Shown here in pieces: positions 32,747-42,671 of a stretch of DNA of 64,000 nucleotides. The stretch comes from Planctomycetota bacterium (GTDB lineage Bacteria > Planctomycetota > UBA1135 > UBA2386), in contig OZ245006.1 of the NCBI GenBank assembly GCA_965223545.1, positions 128,001-192,000 on the forward strand. Reading direction: 5' to 3'. A program made the translations under genes and the position numbers. The number at the start of each line of letters is the position of its first letter. Within the stretch, counting starts at the first letter, position 1. The notes under the pieces were generated by a model. It searched no databases and had not been told where the DNA came from. It was given only the letters and a program-made list of their open reading frames with translations.

Positions 32747-35622
32747 CGACCACCTCCGGTTCCCGGGCGCGGTGCCTCGCCGGGCTCTTCGCCACCCTCC
32801 GCCGAGCCGCCCTCGGCGGCGAGAGCCGCCTCGAGCTGTGCCTTCAGCGCCAGAAAGATCGCCGTCACCTCATGGTGGCGGTTGGCCAAGCGCTCGAGCA
32901 AGGCCGACTCCAGCTCGCCGACATCGTCGCCGCCGCGCCCTTCGAGCAACGTCTGCATGTGCTGCGTGCGGGCCAGCATGTCCTCTTCCATCCGCTTGAG
33001 CATTTCCAGCTCGGCGATGAGGGTCACCAGCCGCTCGCGCTGGGCGGCTTGGTTGCCACCCGGCGACTGGCCACCACCGCCCTGGTTGCCTCCCTGGCGC
33101 TCCTGGGCCGCTTCACGCCGGCGCTCCTGCTCCCGCGCCAAGGCGGCGAGCAGCTGGCGCGTGCGCTCCTCGACGTCCCGCTGCAGTAGGACCGTCATCT
33201 CACCGGGGTCGGGGGCGCGACCGGACAACCGCGCCGCGATGTCGCGCAGGTCCTCCTCGGTCGACTTCAACGCGTAGCTGAACACCAAGACCTGCTCCTC
33301 CTGCAGCGCCTCCCGCAGGTACTCGGCCTTGGCCGCCAATTCGCCTTCGCGGGTGCCGAGCTCGTTGAGGTCGAGCCGCAGCCGGCGCGTCATCCGCCCG
33401 TTCTGCAGGCGCGCATCGGCGTCGACCGTGCTCTGGGTGATCGGCTCTTGCGCGGCGAGGAAGGCCTCCAGCTCGTCCCTCATCCGGAACAGCAGCTCCT
33501 CCTGCCGCAGGTCGCGGTAGCGGTCGCGTTCCTCCTCCAGGGCCTGCTGCGCCTGCTCCAGCTCCTCGGCGGCCTCGCGCTGGGCCTCGTCGGCGTCCTC
33601 GGCCTCGCCGTCGCGCATCGAGCGCTGCGCCCGATCCGCGGCGGCGGCGGCCCGCTGCACCGCCTGCCGCGCGGTGTGGTTCTCGCGTTCCTCGAGCAGC
33701 TGCGCCAACCGCAGAATCTCATCGCGCAGCTCCTCTTGCCGTTCGGCCATGTCGGCAAGCTGGCTGCGCTGCTCTTCGCTCAATGGACGTGCGTCTTGCA
33801 ACGCCTCCGACGCCTCGCGCAACGCCTCGGCGGCGCGCTGCTGCCGGTCGGCGGCGGTCGACTGCTGGCCGTCGCGCAACGCCTGCTCGGCGGCTTCCAT
33901 CTCGTCGGCCGCGCGTTGCATGGGCGCGGCCGCCGCCTGCTCCTGCTCGGCGGTGACGCCGGCACTCGCCACTGCGCCACGCGCGCGGGCCGCGTCCTCG
34001 GTCAGCTGGCGCTGCCGCTCGCCAGCGCGCTGCATCTCGGCCGCGGCGTCGCCGCGCTCCGCGCGCAAGGCCTGCTGCAAGTCTTCGCGCGCCGCCTCGA
34101 GCTCACTGCGCGCGCGCTCCATCGACGCGGTCGCTTGCTGGCCTTGCGCCGGATCGGTGGCACCTTCACCCAGCGCCGTGCTCGCGGCCCGCAGCTCCTG
34201 TTCCACCTGCTCGAGCCGATCGGCGATCTGCTCGGTGGTGGGGGCGTCGCCACCGCGCTCGGGCGGCGGCGCCTGCCGCAGGCTTTGGCCGACCTGCCGG
34301 CTCTCGCTCGCCATCTCGGCCGCCGTCTGCCGGGCATCGGGATTGGCGCGCCGGTTGCGGTCGCGCGCCGCGCTGAGTTGGCGCGCGGTTTCCGCCATCT
34401 TCGCCATGGCCTCGCCGCGGTGCCCTTCGCGGTCCAGGCGGTCCGCCTCGGTCAAGGCCTCGGCCGCCGCCCGCAACGCCTCGGCGGTGGCCGCGTTGCC
34501 GTCGGCCTCCGCCGCGAGCTCGTCCGCCGCGGTGGCCAGGTCTTGCGCCAGCGCACCGCGTTCGGCCGCCATCTGCCCGACCTCGGCCGCGGCGCCGGCG
34601 CGCACGGCTTCGGCCAGCTCACCGGCGTGGGTCGCATCCAGACTCTCCCCGTCGAGGGCGGCGCGGACGTCGTCGAGGGCATCGCCATCCACGACCGCTG
34701 CATCGGGCTCGGTCGCGGGCCGGGCCTCGGCGAGCTGCTGCCGCAGCTGTTCTTGCGCGGTCCGCGCAGCCTCGGCGTCGTCGCTGGCCAACGCGCGCTG
34801 CAAGCGGTCGGCGCTCTCGACCGCGCGCCGCAGGGCGCGCTCGCGGGCGGCGCGCGCCAGCAGATCGCGCTGGCGCTGCTCGAGCCCGCCGATGCGGAAG
34901 GCCCGCTCCCGATCGGCGGAGTCGACGTTGCCGGCGCGCTCGTCGGCCGCTCGCTTCTCCAGCGCGTCTTGCTGCTGAAGGAGGCCTCGCACCCGGCGCA
35001 GCGCGTCTTCCAAGAAGGGGGCCAGCAGGCCGGCGGCGCTGGCGTTGCGCCGGCTCTCTTCCGCCTGGCGGCGGGCCAAGTCCTCGAGCTGCGCCTGCAG
35101 CTGGCGCTCGGCCTCGGTCGGCTCGGCACGGGTGCCGGCTCGCGTCGCATCGCGCAGCTCGCGCTGGCGCCGGGCAAGCTCACCGGCGTCGGCGGCGAGG
35201 CGCTCCGCGGTCTTGATCTCCTCGTCGAGCTCTTCGACCGACTGGCGCTCGAGCAGGATGCCGAGCAGCCGCTCGACATCTTCGACCACCGCTTGCTGGC
35301 GCCGCAGCGCATCGGCGAGCGCATCGGCGGCCAAGCTCTCGCCGGCACCGGCGAGATCGCGCAGCACGTCGCTCGCTTCGAGGTGGCGCAAACCGGCCTC
35401 CAGCAGGGCGACCTGCTGATCGCGGCCCTCGCCCCGGTAGCGCTCGAGGAGCTGTTCCATGAGCGTGCGCAGCCGCTCGGTCTGGCCCAACAGGTCGTTC
35501 TGGTCTTGTTGCAGCTCGGCCATCGAAGGGCCCTCACCGCCGCCCTGGCCGGGCAGCGGCGACAGGATGAGCAATGCGAGTGCCGGCGCGGCGGGCGACA
35601 AACAACGGACCGTGTGCCTCAT
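32743..35622 (-). CDS. Large secreted coiled-coil protein (DUF4175-like)
   Basis: Signal-like N-terminus from MRHTVRC; about 900 aa of repeated A/E/Q/R-rich helices (RQQ/RQEEL units). Confidence 0.8.
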   Translation of the reverse strand: MRHTVRCLSPAAPALALLILSPLPGQGGGEGPSMAELQQDQNDLLGQTERLRTLMEQLLERYRGEGRDQQVALLEAGLRHLEASDVLRDLAGAGESLAADALADALRRQQAVVEDVERLLGILLERQSVEELDEEIKTAERLAADAGELARRQRELRDATRAGTRAEPTEAERQLQAQLEDLARRQAEESRRNASAAGLLAPFLEDALRRVRGLLQQQDALEKRAADERAGNVDSADRERAFRIGGLEQRQRDLLARAARERALRRAVESADRLQRALASDDAEAARTAQEQLRQQLAEARPATEPDAAVVDGDALDDVRAALDGESLDATHAGELAEAVRAGAAAEVGQMAAERGALAQDLATAADELAAEADGNAATAEALRAAAEALTEADRLDREGHRGEAMAKMAETARQLSAARDRNRRANPDARQTAAEMASESRQVGQSLRQAPPPERGGDAPTTEQIADRLEQVEQELRAASTALGEGATDPAQGQQATASMERARSELEAAREDLQQALRAERGDAAAEMQRAGERQRQLTEDAARARGAVASAGVTAEQEQAAAAPMQRAADEMEAAEQALRDGQQSTAADRQQRAAEALREASEALQDARPLSEEQRSQLADMAERQEELRDEILRLAQLLEERENHTARQAVQRAAAAADRAQRSMRDGEAEDADEAQREAAEELEQAQQALEEERDRYRDLRQEELLFRMRDELEAFLAAQEPITQSTVDADARLQNGRMTRRLRLDLNELGTREGELAAKAEYLREALQEEQVLVFSYALKSTEEDLRDIAARLSGRAPDPGEMTVLLQRDVEERTRQLLAALAREQERRREAAQERQGGNQGGGGQSPGGNQAAQRERLVTLIAELEMLKRMEEDMLARTQHMQTLLEGRGGDDVGELESALLERLANRHHEVTAIFLALKAQLEAALAAEGGSAEGGEEPGEAPRPGTGGGR

Positions 35623-35734
35623 GACAACCTCATACGCTCGATCGACACGACTGCGGCAAACCAGCGGCGAAACGCCCGCATTGGCAACCCCTCGGCCCGG
35701 CCGGGCCGGGCGGGCCGGATCTGTCGCGCCCACG

Positions 35735-38083
35735 TCATCGGCCTCGCTCCGCCGAGGCCTTCTCGTCCAGGCGCTCGCGCGTGCGCACCTCGAGCTCGCG
35801 CTGTTTGTCGAGCACGCTGCGGGTCTGAATGATCACATCCTGGAACTCGTTCCACTGCCCCAGCTGCTCCCGGAGCTGCTCGAGAAGGGCGGAGATCCGC
35901 TGCTGGTGGGCGAGCGCCTCGGTCACCGCCGCGCCGGCGGCGCCGGCGCTGGCGGCGACGGCGGCCTCGTCGAGCGCGCGGAGCAGCTGCGGCGACACAT
36001 CGGCATGCGCGGCGTCGCAGACCACGGTCATGGCGAGGATCGGATCCAGGACCTTGGGCATCGCGCCGAGGCGGCCCTCGCGGCGGGCCTCGGCGAGGCC
36101 GCGGTAATAGCCAGCGGCGTGCGCGACGGCCTGCGGCTCGCGCCGGTGATAGTCCTCGTACATCCGCAGCGCCTCGGCGGCGTGCGGGGAGTCTTCGAGG
36201 CGGTTGAACAAGTGCAGATCGAACGCCCGCATCAGCTGATGGTGCTGCCGCGCGATCCGGCCCATCAACGCGGTCTGCCCGACGTGGATCACGGTGAGGT
36301 CGCCGCGCACGGCGCGCACCGCGGCACCGTCGGCGAGCGCGGCGCGGACGTCGTCGAGCTGACCGGTCAGCTTCTGCTGCCGGCTGGACAGGGCATCGAT
36401 GGCCTCGCGGATGCGGCGGAAGTGGCCCGCGACGCGGCGCGCCAGGTCGGCTGTGTCGACGACGTAGGTGAGGCGCTTGGGCAGCTCGGTGGCGTGCGCC
36501 TCCGGTTCGCGGTTGTCCTCCAACACCGCCCCGAACTCGATGGTCTCGCCGACACTCAGCGCAGCCCCGGGGGAGCCCAGCGCGGCGAGGTCCAGGATCG
36601 CGGTGACCACGACTTCGCCGGCCGCCGGCGGATCGCCGGCCAACAAAGTGGTCTGAAACGCCTGATCGGCCTTGGCGATGCGGGCGACCCCGCGCACGCT
36701 CCGCAGCCCGAAGTCGTCGCGCGCCGCGATGCGCACTGGCAGCAAGCCATCCGGCAGCATGACGCCGATGCCGCCGTCGTCCGGCAAGAGCACGCGCCCC
36801 GCCGGCCTCTGGTCGACCAACGCGACGACCGGATAGGTGCCCGGATGCGGCGTGCGCAGCTGCTCTTCGCTGGTCAGCTCGATCTGATATCGCTCGCTGC
36901 GCTCCACCGTGAACGAGGCGATCCACACCGTGCGCTGGCCGCCGTCGTCGACCACTGTCTCGCTGCGCAGCGGCACCTCGGCGCCGGTGTCGAGGAACAG
37001 CAGGTGGCCGCGCAGCACGGGTGCAGTGGTCGAGACCTGCAGGTCCACTTCGGTGCCGGCGAGTGCTTCGACGCCGCCACCGGCCACTGTCCGCGGCGGC
37101 AGGCCGGTGTACTCTGGGTAGGTCAGGGCGGCGACGACCGACGCGACCCGCGGCGGGCGGACGGTGACGATGTCGACCCGCAGATCGCCGCGGTCGTCGT
37201 CTCCGCCCGTCGCGTGGAACGAGAAGTCGCTGCTGATGCGCCGGAACACGTAGCGGAAACGGTCGTCCGGCCGCGCGGTCATCGACGCGCGCGGCGGCAG
37301 ACCCCGGCCGCCGGAGATCGCCAGGAACACCTCGCGCGGCACGACGCCCTCGGCGCGCACCAGCACCGGTAGATCGGCGCCCGCCGACAGCGTCACCGTC
37401 GCGGCGCCCGGCGTGCGCTCGACGCGCAGATCGAGGTCGCTCTCGGGGAGCTCGACGTGCAGGGTCGTGCGGCGTGGGTAGGCGGCGTCCGCCCCGGCGA
37501 TGCGGGCCAGATAGACCGAGAAGGCCTCGGGATTGCCCAGCGCTGCCGTGCCGGTGGCCAAGATCGCGGCGCCGGCAATCCCCCAGACGCGCAGCGTGCG
37601 GCGCGGGTCGAGAATCTCGTCGCACGACACCTGCTCCACCGCCGCCGCCGCGTCGACGACCACCCGCTCGATCATCGCCGCCGACTGGTCGCGCAGCGCC
37701 TGCCCCGCCTGCGCAGCGCGCCCGAGCTGCAGGGCCGAGATCAGCCGCTCGCGCAGCTCCGGAAAGCGCCGCTCGATGACCACCGCCAAGTCGTCGCCAC
37801 CGATCGCCTTGCGCAGCGGATACAGCAGTCGGCGGCGCAGCCCGAGGACCAGAAACGCCACCAAGCCCAAGCTGAGCAACAGGCGCACCGGCAGCGGCAA
37901 CACCAGAGCGCGGTCGAGCGCATAGTACGCGCCGACGCCGATCGCCAACGCGGCGACCAACCAGCCGAGGCCGTGCACCGCGAACCGGCGCCGCAAGCGA
38001 CGGCGCTGCCGTTCGACGACGCCTTCGAGCCGTTGTTGCGCCTGCTGTTGGCCGAGCTCGGTGCTGCTCATCTGCGGCTCCAT
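35735..38083 (-). CDS. Membrane protein, DUF4175 N-terminal-like (TM helices, Ig-like domains, helical tail)
   Basis: IERRFPELRERLISALQL, YPEYTG, ARDDFGL motifs; three TM helices. Confidence 0.8.
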   Translation of the reverse strand: MEPQMSSTELGQQQAQQRLEGVVERQRRRLRRRFAVHGLGWLVAALAIGVGAYYALDRALVLPLPVRLLLSLGLVAFLVLGLRRRLLYPLRKAIGGDDLAVVIERRFPELRERLISALQLGRAAQAGQALRDQSAAMIERVVVDAAAAVEQVSCDEILDPRRTLRVWGIAGAAILATGTAALGNPEAFSVYLARIAGADAAYPRRTTLHVELPESDLDLRVERTPGAATVTLSAGADLPVLVRAEGVVPREVFLAISGGRGLPPRASMTARPDDRFRYVFRRISSDFSFHATGGDDDRGDLRVDIVTVRPPRVASVVAALTYPEYTGLPPRTVAGGGVEALAGTEVDLQVSTTAPVLRGHLLFLDTGAEVPLRSETVVDDGGQRTVWIASFTVERSERYQIELTSEEQLRTPHPGTYPVVALVDQRPAGRVLLPDDGGIGVMLPDGLLPVRIAARDDFGLRSVRGVARIAKADQAFQTTLLAGDPPAAGEVVVTAILDLAALGSPGAALSVGETIEFGAVLEDNREPEAHATELPKRLTYVVDTADLARRVAGHFRRIREAIDALSSRQQKLTGQLDDVRAALADGAAVRAVRGDLTVIHVGQTALMGRIARQHHQLMRAFDLHLFNRLEDSPHAAEALRMYEDYHRREPQAVAHAAGYYRGLAEARREGRLGAMPKVLDPILAMTVVCDAAHADVSPQLLRALDEAAVAASAGAAGAAVTEALAHQQRISALLEQLREQLGQWNEFQDVIIQTRSVLDKQRELEVRTRERLDEKASAERGR

Positions 38084-38141
38084 CTACGGCGTGCGGCCGC
38101 ACTCGATCCGGTGCTCGAACACCCTTTGGCCCAAACCCTCA

Positions 38142-41100
38142 TCAGCGACCACCCTCCGTGGATTGGCTGCCGTCGTCGCCGAGCACGTACAGCGAGTCGC
38201 CGGCGCTCAACAAGACCATGTCCGCGGCGCGGTGCAGCCGGTAGGGGGGCGGGGGCTGGGGGCGGAGGCGCAGCGTTCCCCCGCCGCGCAGCAAGCTGCG
38301 GCGCGTGTCCGCGGCCAGCACCAGCACGTCGAGCCGGCCCTCCTCGCGCAGCGTCGGCACCGCCAGGAACTCGCGGGTCAGCACCGGCGACGGCCGGAAG
38401 TCGGTGCGGCGCGGCAGCGTGTAGCGGAAGGAGTCGATGGCGGGGTCGAGCGAGAAGCAGATCAAATTGCGGGTGACGTTCGCGCGCCGGTCCTCGAGCA
38501 GCAACACCGGCGGCGCCGGCTCACTGCGGCTGCCGCGGCGCCAGTTGCGCACCGTCACGTCGTGGCCGAGCGTGGCCTTGCGCACCGTGTCGCCGCGCAG
38601 CGGGTCGATCAGCACGACGTTGCCGCCGACCGGACCGGCCTCGACCAGCAGGATTCGGTCCCCGGCGGTCGCACACATCAGCACCTCGTGGTTGGCGCTG
38701 CCGGTCCACGGCGGCCAGCGCAGCTTGCCATCGAAGCCGACCGCGACCAGGCGGCTGGGCTCGCGGTCGTCGCCGTCGACCGGGAAGTACAGGGCGCGCG
38801 AGTCGGCGAACACCGATCGGTGCAACAGCGGGAACCGCCAGGCCCGGCGCAGCCGGTCGGTCAGCCGCAGCTTGTCCAGCACCTGCGGGCCGAGGACGAC
38901 GGGCTCGAGGTCCCGGCCGGTGAGCGGGTCCATGCGCCGGGCCACCGCCCGATCGGGCTCGCCCGGCTCCAGGATCCACAGCGAATCGCCACTCGAGATC
39001 GGCGGCACGCTGGCGCCGTCCTTGCCGAACGCGCGCCGGAACACCACGGTGCCGGTGAGGGGCTCGAGGCCGAGCAGCGCACCGGCATCCATGCTGTCGC
39101 GGTGCTCGGAGAAGACGTGCAGCAGGCCCGCCCGACAGCCGAGCGGCTCGAGCAATCTGCTGCTGTCGACCTCGTGCTGCCAGCGCGGTGCGCCGTCGTT
39201 GACGTCGTACGCTCTGACCTGGTGGCCGTCGAGGAGGACCAAGGTGTCCCCGAAGACGTAGAGCGGATCGATCTCCAGGCCGCGGTACGGCAGCGTGTAG
39301 ATCGGCTCGTCGAACATGCCGGCGCCGCGGCTCGGATCGTAGGCCTGCAGCACCTCGCCGTGCACGCTGACCAGCAGGGGCGCCGCCGCCCGGGCGTCGA
39401 ACCCCGGCACCATCACGGGGACGCAGGGCCGCAGGCCCGAGCCGCGCTGCGGCTGCGCCAAGCGGGCGACGACGCCCACCGGCACCGGCGGCGTGCGCGC
39501 CGGCGGCCGCGGCAGCGCCTTGATCGTGACGACGTCGGCCAGGGCGGCGCCGCGGTCCTTGGCGTAGTCCGAACGCTCCTCGCCGTAGCGCGCGAGTATG
39601 CGCGCGGCGGTCGACGCGGCCAGGGCGTGGTTGCCCCGTTCGCCGGCCGCGATCTGCAGCCGGCGCAGGATGTTGCCGGTCTCGGCGCCCTCCTCGATCG
39701 AAACCGCGGTGGCCTCCAGGGCGCGGCCGAGGTCGCCGCGCGCCACCGCCATGTCGAGCAGTCGGTTGCGCGCTTCGCGCGCCGCCGCGCTGACCGGGAA
39801 GCGCACCGTCACCGCGCGCACCAAGGCCGCGTCCTCGCCGGCCTCGCGCAGCGCCCGCGCGGCGCGTTCTTCGGTGGTGGAGTACACCCTGACCCCGTGC
39901 GCGGCGATGGTGTCCGCCTGCAGCGCGCGGCCGAGGACAGCGCCGCGCTCGCCGGCCAGGGTGACTTCGCCAAAGCGCTCGATCAGCTCCTGCGCCAGCC
40001 GCACGCGCTCCAAGGGGTCGTCCGCGTGCCGGGCGCGCTGCCAGGTGACGTAGGCGTTGATCGGCACGGTGCCGGCATCGCCGAACTCGAACTCGCTGTC
40101 GCCATGGCGATCGGCCATCACCAGCAGCTCGGCGTCCTGCGCCTCGCGGTCGTCCGCCAGCCAGCCCAGGATGTAGCGCTGCGCCGTCAACCACTGGCGC
40201 GGCTCCAGGCTGCCGTCGCGCGCCGCGCGCATCGTGCGCAAGGCCACGTCGGGCGACCGCGATCGCAGCGCCAGGGCGCGGTCCTTGGTCAGCTCGAACA
40301 GGTCGCCCGCCAGTCGCCGGTAGACCGGCGCCTCGGTGCTCATGCCGCGCCGCTCGGCCAGCGCCAGGCCCCGCCGGTACAGCTCCTCGGCGCGCTCGTG
40401 CGCGCGGGCCTGCGCGCTGCCGGCGGCGTCGGCGCGGATCAGCGCGGCCAGCTTGAGCAGGGCGGCGGGGTCGGTGTCGTCGCCGCGCGCGTCTTGCTCG
40501 GCGGCGCGCACCAGGGCGTCGGTGTCGTAGTAGAACTCGACCTGGCCATTGCGCACCGCGGTGAGCACACCGTCCGCCAGCATGAGGTTGCCGATCGCCG
40601 CGCCGCCGACCAGCTGCACGCGCCGGCTGTCCCCGTTCAGGCCGAACACCCGCAGCCCGGCGGGCGAGGCGAAGTAGATCGAGTCGCCGGCAAGCGCGCC
40701 GCGCGGCACGCTCTCGGCGACGAAGTAGATCTCGCCGTGCACGCCGAGCTGGGCGGGGCTGCGCACCTCATCCACCTTCGGCTCGAGCGGCTGGCGGCCG
40801 CGGCCCCGCGCCTTGACCTTGACCACGCTGAGTCCGCTGAAGACGAACTCGTCGCCGACCGCACCGAGCAGCCAGCGCAAGTCGCTCTGCTGGCGGCGCG
40901 GATCGCGATAGCGCAACATCCAGAGCAACTCGCCGGTTTCGCCATCGAAGCCCAGGGCGTTGGCGGAGTCGAGCGGTGTGCACGCCATCACTCCATCCGC
41001 CACGACCACGGGGTTGTTGGCGAACACCACGCGCCGGTCCTGCTGGTCGGTGAGCCGCGTTTCCGGCATGCGCACCACCGGGTAGGCGTTGACCCAGCGG

Positions 41101-42572
41101 AGGTTGCCGTCGGCCGCGTCGGCAGCGAAACAAACACCGAGATTGGTCGCGCCGTAGACCACCCCCTGGTCGATCGCCAGCGGTGCTCCGGCGTACTCGC
41201 GGCGCGCGTTGCCGAAGATGTTGACCTCGCCCTGGCTGCTGCAGACGAGCTGGCGCCAGCGCAGCGCGCCGGTGTGCAGGTCGTAGGCGGAGAGGTAGTA
41301 GGCGATGGTGCCGGAGCGGTCATGCGCGCCGATGTAGACCGTGTCGCCGTCGATCAGCGGCGGGGTGGCGGCGTCGTGCCCGGCGAACCGGCGACTGCGG
41401 GCACCACCGGGCTGGTCCCAGTGCGACCAGCGCACCGCGCCGGTCTCGCGATCGAAGGCGAACAGCCGCCGGCGGGGAATGTGACGGATGACCTCGATGC
41501 TGCGGTACCAGGTGCTCTGCCCCTCATCCGGCACCTGCAGCGCGGCTACGACCAGATCCGCGGAGCACGCCGCCGACAAGACGTAGTCGCGGTTGATCGA
41601 CTCCTCGTAGTCGCGCGGATCGATGTCCGCGGCGTGCACCATCGGGCCGTCGGCCTGCCAGATCGTGCGGCGGCGCAGCGGGTCGACGGCGATCACGCTC
41701 TGGCCGTCGTTGACGTAGATGCCGGTGGCGGAACCCGCGGCGTGCATCGGGAAGTGCGGGAAGCCGCGCGCCTGCACGTCGAACTCACAGCGCTTCTCCG
41801 GCCGCCCCAAGACCTCGTCCATCACGCGGTTGCCGGCCGCGCCGCCGCCGTAGGCCGGCCAACCCGCCAGCAGGCGCGAGGCGCCCGGTCCCGCCGCGTC
41901 CAGCAGCGCGCGCTGTTCGCCGCGCAGCGGCGGCAGGGTCTGCGCCGCGGCGCCGGCGAGGATCGCCGCCGCGCGCAGCCGGGCCAGCACCGCGTCGCGC
42001 GACCCGCCGGTCGACGGCATCGCGTCCAGCGCAGCGCGCAGGTGGTGGGCGGCGCGCTGCGCATCGCCGCGCTCGAGCGCGAGGTCACCCAGCAGGATGC
42101 GCGCCCTGCGCCCTGGCGCCGACGTCGGAAACTCCTCCGCCACCCGGGCGAGATCGTCGCGGTCGCGGCCGTCGAACGCGCGGTCGATCAGGCTGCCGAG
42201 CTGGCGCGCAGCCATCGCGTCGTATTCGGCCTGCGCGGGGGCGGGGAGGTCGGCCAACGCGAACAGCGCCGCCCGCCGCAAGCCGAGATAGTGCGCGCTC
42301 TGGTCGTCCACCGGCACCACCCCGGCGTCGACGCGGTGCAGCAGGTCGTGCAGCAGCACCACCGCCCGCGGCGCGTCGCCCGCCGCGATCCACTGCTCGG
42401 CGAGGCGGAAATCGTGAATGTTGTCCTGCGACCGGTAGAGGCTGAACAGCCGGCCGCGCGGCCCGTCCTGCGCCGCCGCCGCACCGAGCAGGACGGCCAC
42501 GACGCCGCCGCCGAGCGCGGCGCGCAGCCGATTCCCGAAACCGCTACCAAGTTGTCGCATCATCGTTGTCAC
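38142..42572 (-). CDS. Large PQQ-like beta-propeller repeat protein with TPR-like segments
   Basis: Repeated Trp-docking motifs (DRETGAVRW, DLHTGALRW, DAADGNLRW, DGETGELLW, DVNDGAPRW) and helical repeats; signal-like N-terminus. Confidence 0.85.
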   Translation of the reverse strand: MTTMMRQLGSGFGNRLRAALGGGVVAVLLGAAAAQDGPRGRLFSLYRSQDNIHDFRLAEQWIAAGDAPRAVVLLHDLLHRVDAGVVPVDDQSAHYLGLRRAALFALADLPAPAQAEYDAMAARQLGSLIDRAFDGRDRDDLARVAEEFPTSAPGRRARILLGDLALERGDAQRAAHHLRAALDAMPSTGGSRDAVLARLRAAAILAGAAAQTLPPLRGEQRALLDAAGPGASRLLAGWPAYGGGAAGNRVMDEVLGRPEKRCEFDVQARGFPHFPMHAAGSATGIYVNDGQSVIAVDPLRRRTIWQADGPMVHAADIDPRDYEESINRDYVLSAACSADLVVAALQVPDEGQSTWYRSIEVIRHIPRRRLFAFDRETGAVRWSHWDQPGGARSRRFAGHDAATPPLIDGDTVYIGAHDRSGTIAYYLSAYDLHTGALRWRQLVCSSQGEVNIFGNARREYAGAPLAIDQGVVYGATNLGVCFAADAADGNLRWVNAYPVVRMPETRLTDQQDRRVVFANNPVVVADGVMACTPLDSANALGFDGETGELLWMLRYRDPRRQQSDLRWLLGAVGDEFVFSGLSVVKVKARGRGRQPLEPKVDEVRSPAQLGVHGEIYFVAESVPRGALAGDSIYFASPAGLRVFGLNGDSRRVQLVGGAAIGNLMLADGVLTAVRNGQVEFYYDTDALVRAAEQDARGDDTDPAALLKLAALIRADAAGSAQARAHERAEELYRRGLALAERRGMSTEAPVYRRLAGDLFELTKDRALALRSRSPDVALRTMRAARDGSLEPRQWLTAQRYILGWLADDREAQDAELLVMADRHGDSEFEFGDAGTVPINAYVTWQRARHADDPLERVRLAQELIERFGEVTLAGERGAVLGRALQADTIAAHGVRVYSTTEERAARALREAGEDAALVRAVTVRFPVSAAAREARNRLLDMAVARGDLGRALEATAVSIEEGAETGNILRRLQIAAGERGNHALAASTAARILARYGEERSDYAKDRGAALADVVTIKALPRPPARTPPVPVGVVARLAQPQRGSGLRPCVPVMVPGFDARAAAPLLVSVHGEVLQAYDPSRGAGMFDEPIYTLPYRGLEIDPLYVFGDTLVLLDGHQVRAYDVNDGAPRWQHEVDSSRLLEPLGCRAGLLHVFSEHRDSMDAGALLGLEPLTGTVVFRRAFGKDGASVPPISSGDSLWILEPGEPDRAVARRMDPLTGRDLEPVVLGPQVLDKLRLTDRLRRAWRFPLLHRSVFADSRALYFPVDGDDREPSRLVAVGFDGKLRWPPWTGSANHEVLMCATAGDRILLVEAGPVGGNVVLIDPLRGDTVRKATLGHDVTVRNWRRGSRSEPAPPVLLLEDRRANVTRNLICFSLDPAIDSFRYTLPRRTDFRPSPVLTREFLAVPTLREEGRLDVLVLAADTRRSLLRGGGTLRLRPQPPPPYRLHRAADMVLLSAGDSLYVLGDDGSQSTEGGR

Positions 42573-42671
42573 GGACGGCAGCCGGGATGCTTCCGGGGCC
42601 CGCCCCCGGCTGCATTATCGTCCATCCAGAGCTCGTAGCCTGCGCCTTGCATTGTCTCACCAACCGGGCTG

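Noticed and set aside
38061..42638. Very long antisense or alternate-frame ORFs (1525 aa here; also 11721..15284, 18230..21130, 28013..30871, 209..2584)
   Set aside because: They shadow well-supported genes, are R/G/A/P-rich and lack motifs. This is expected from stop-codon scarcity at high GC.
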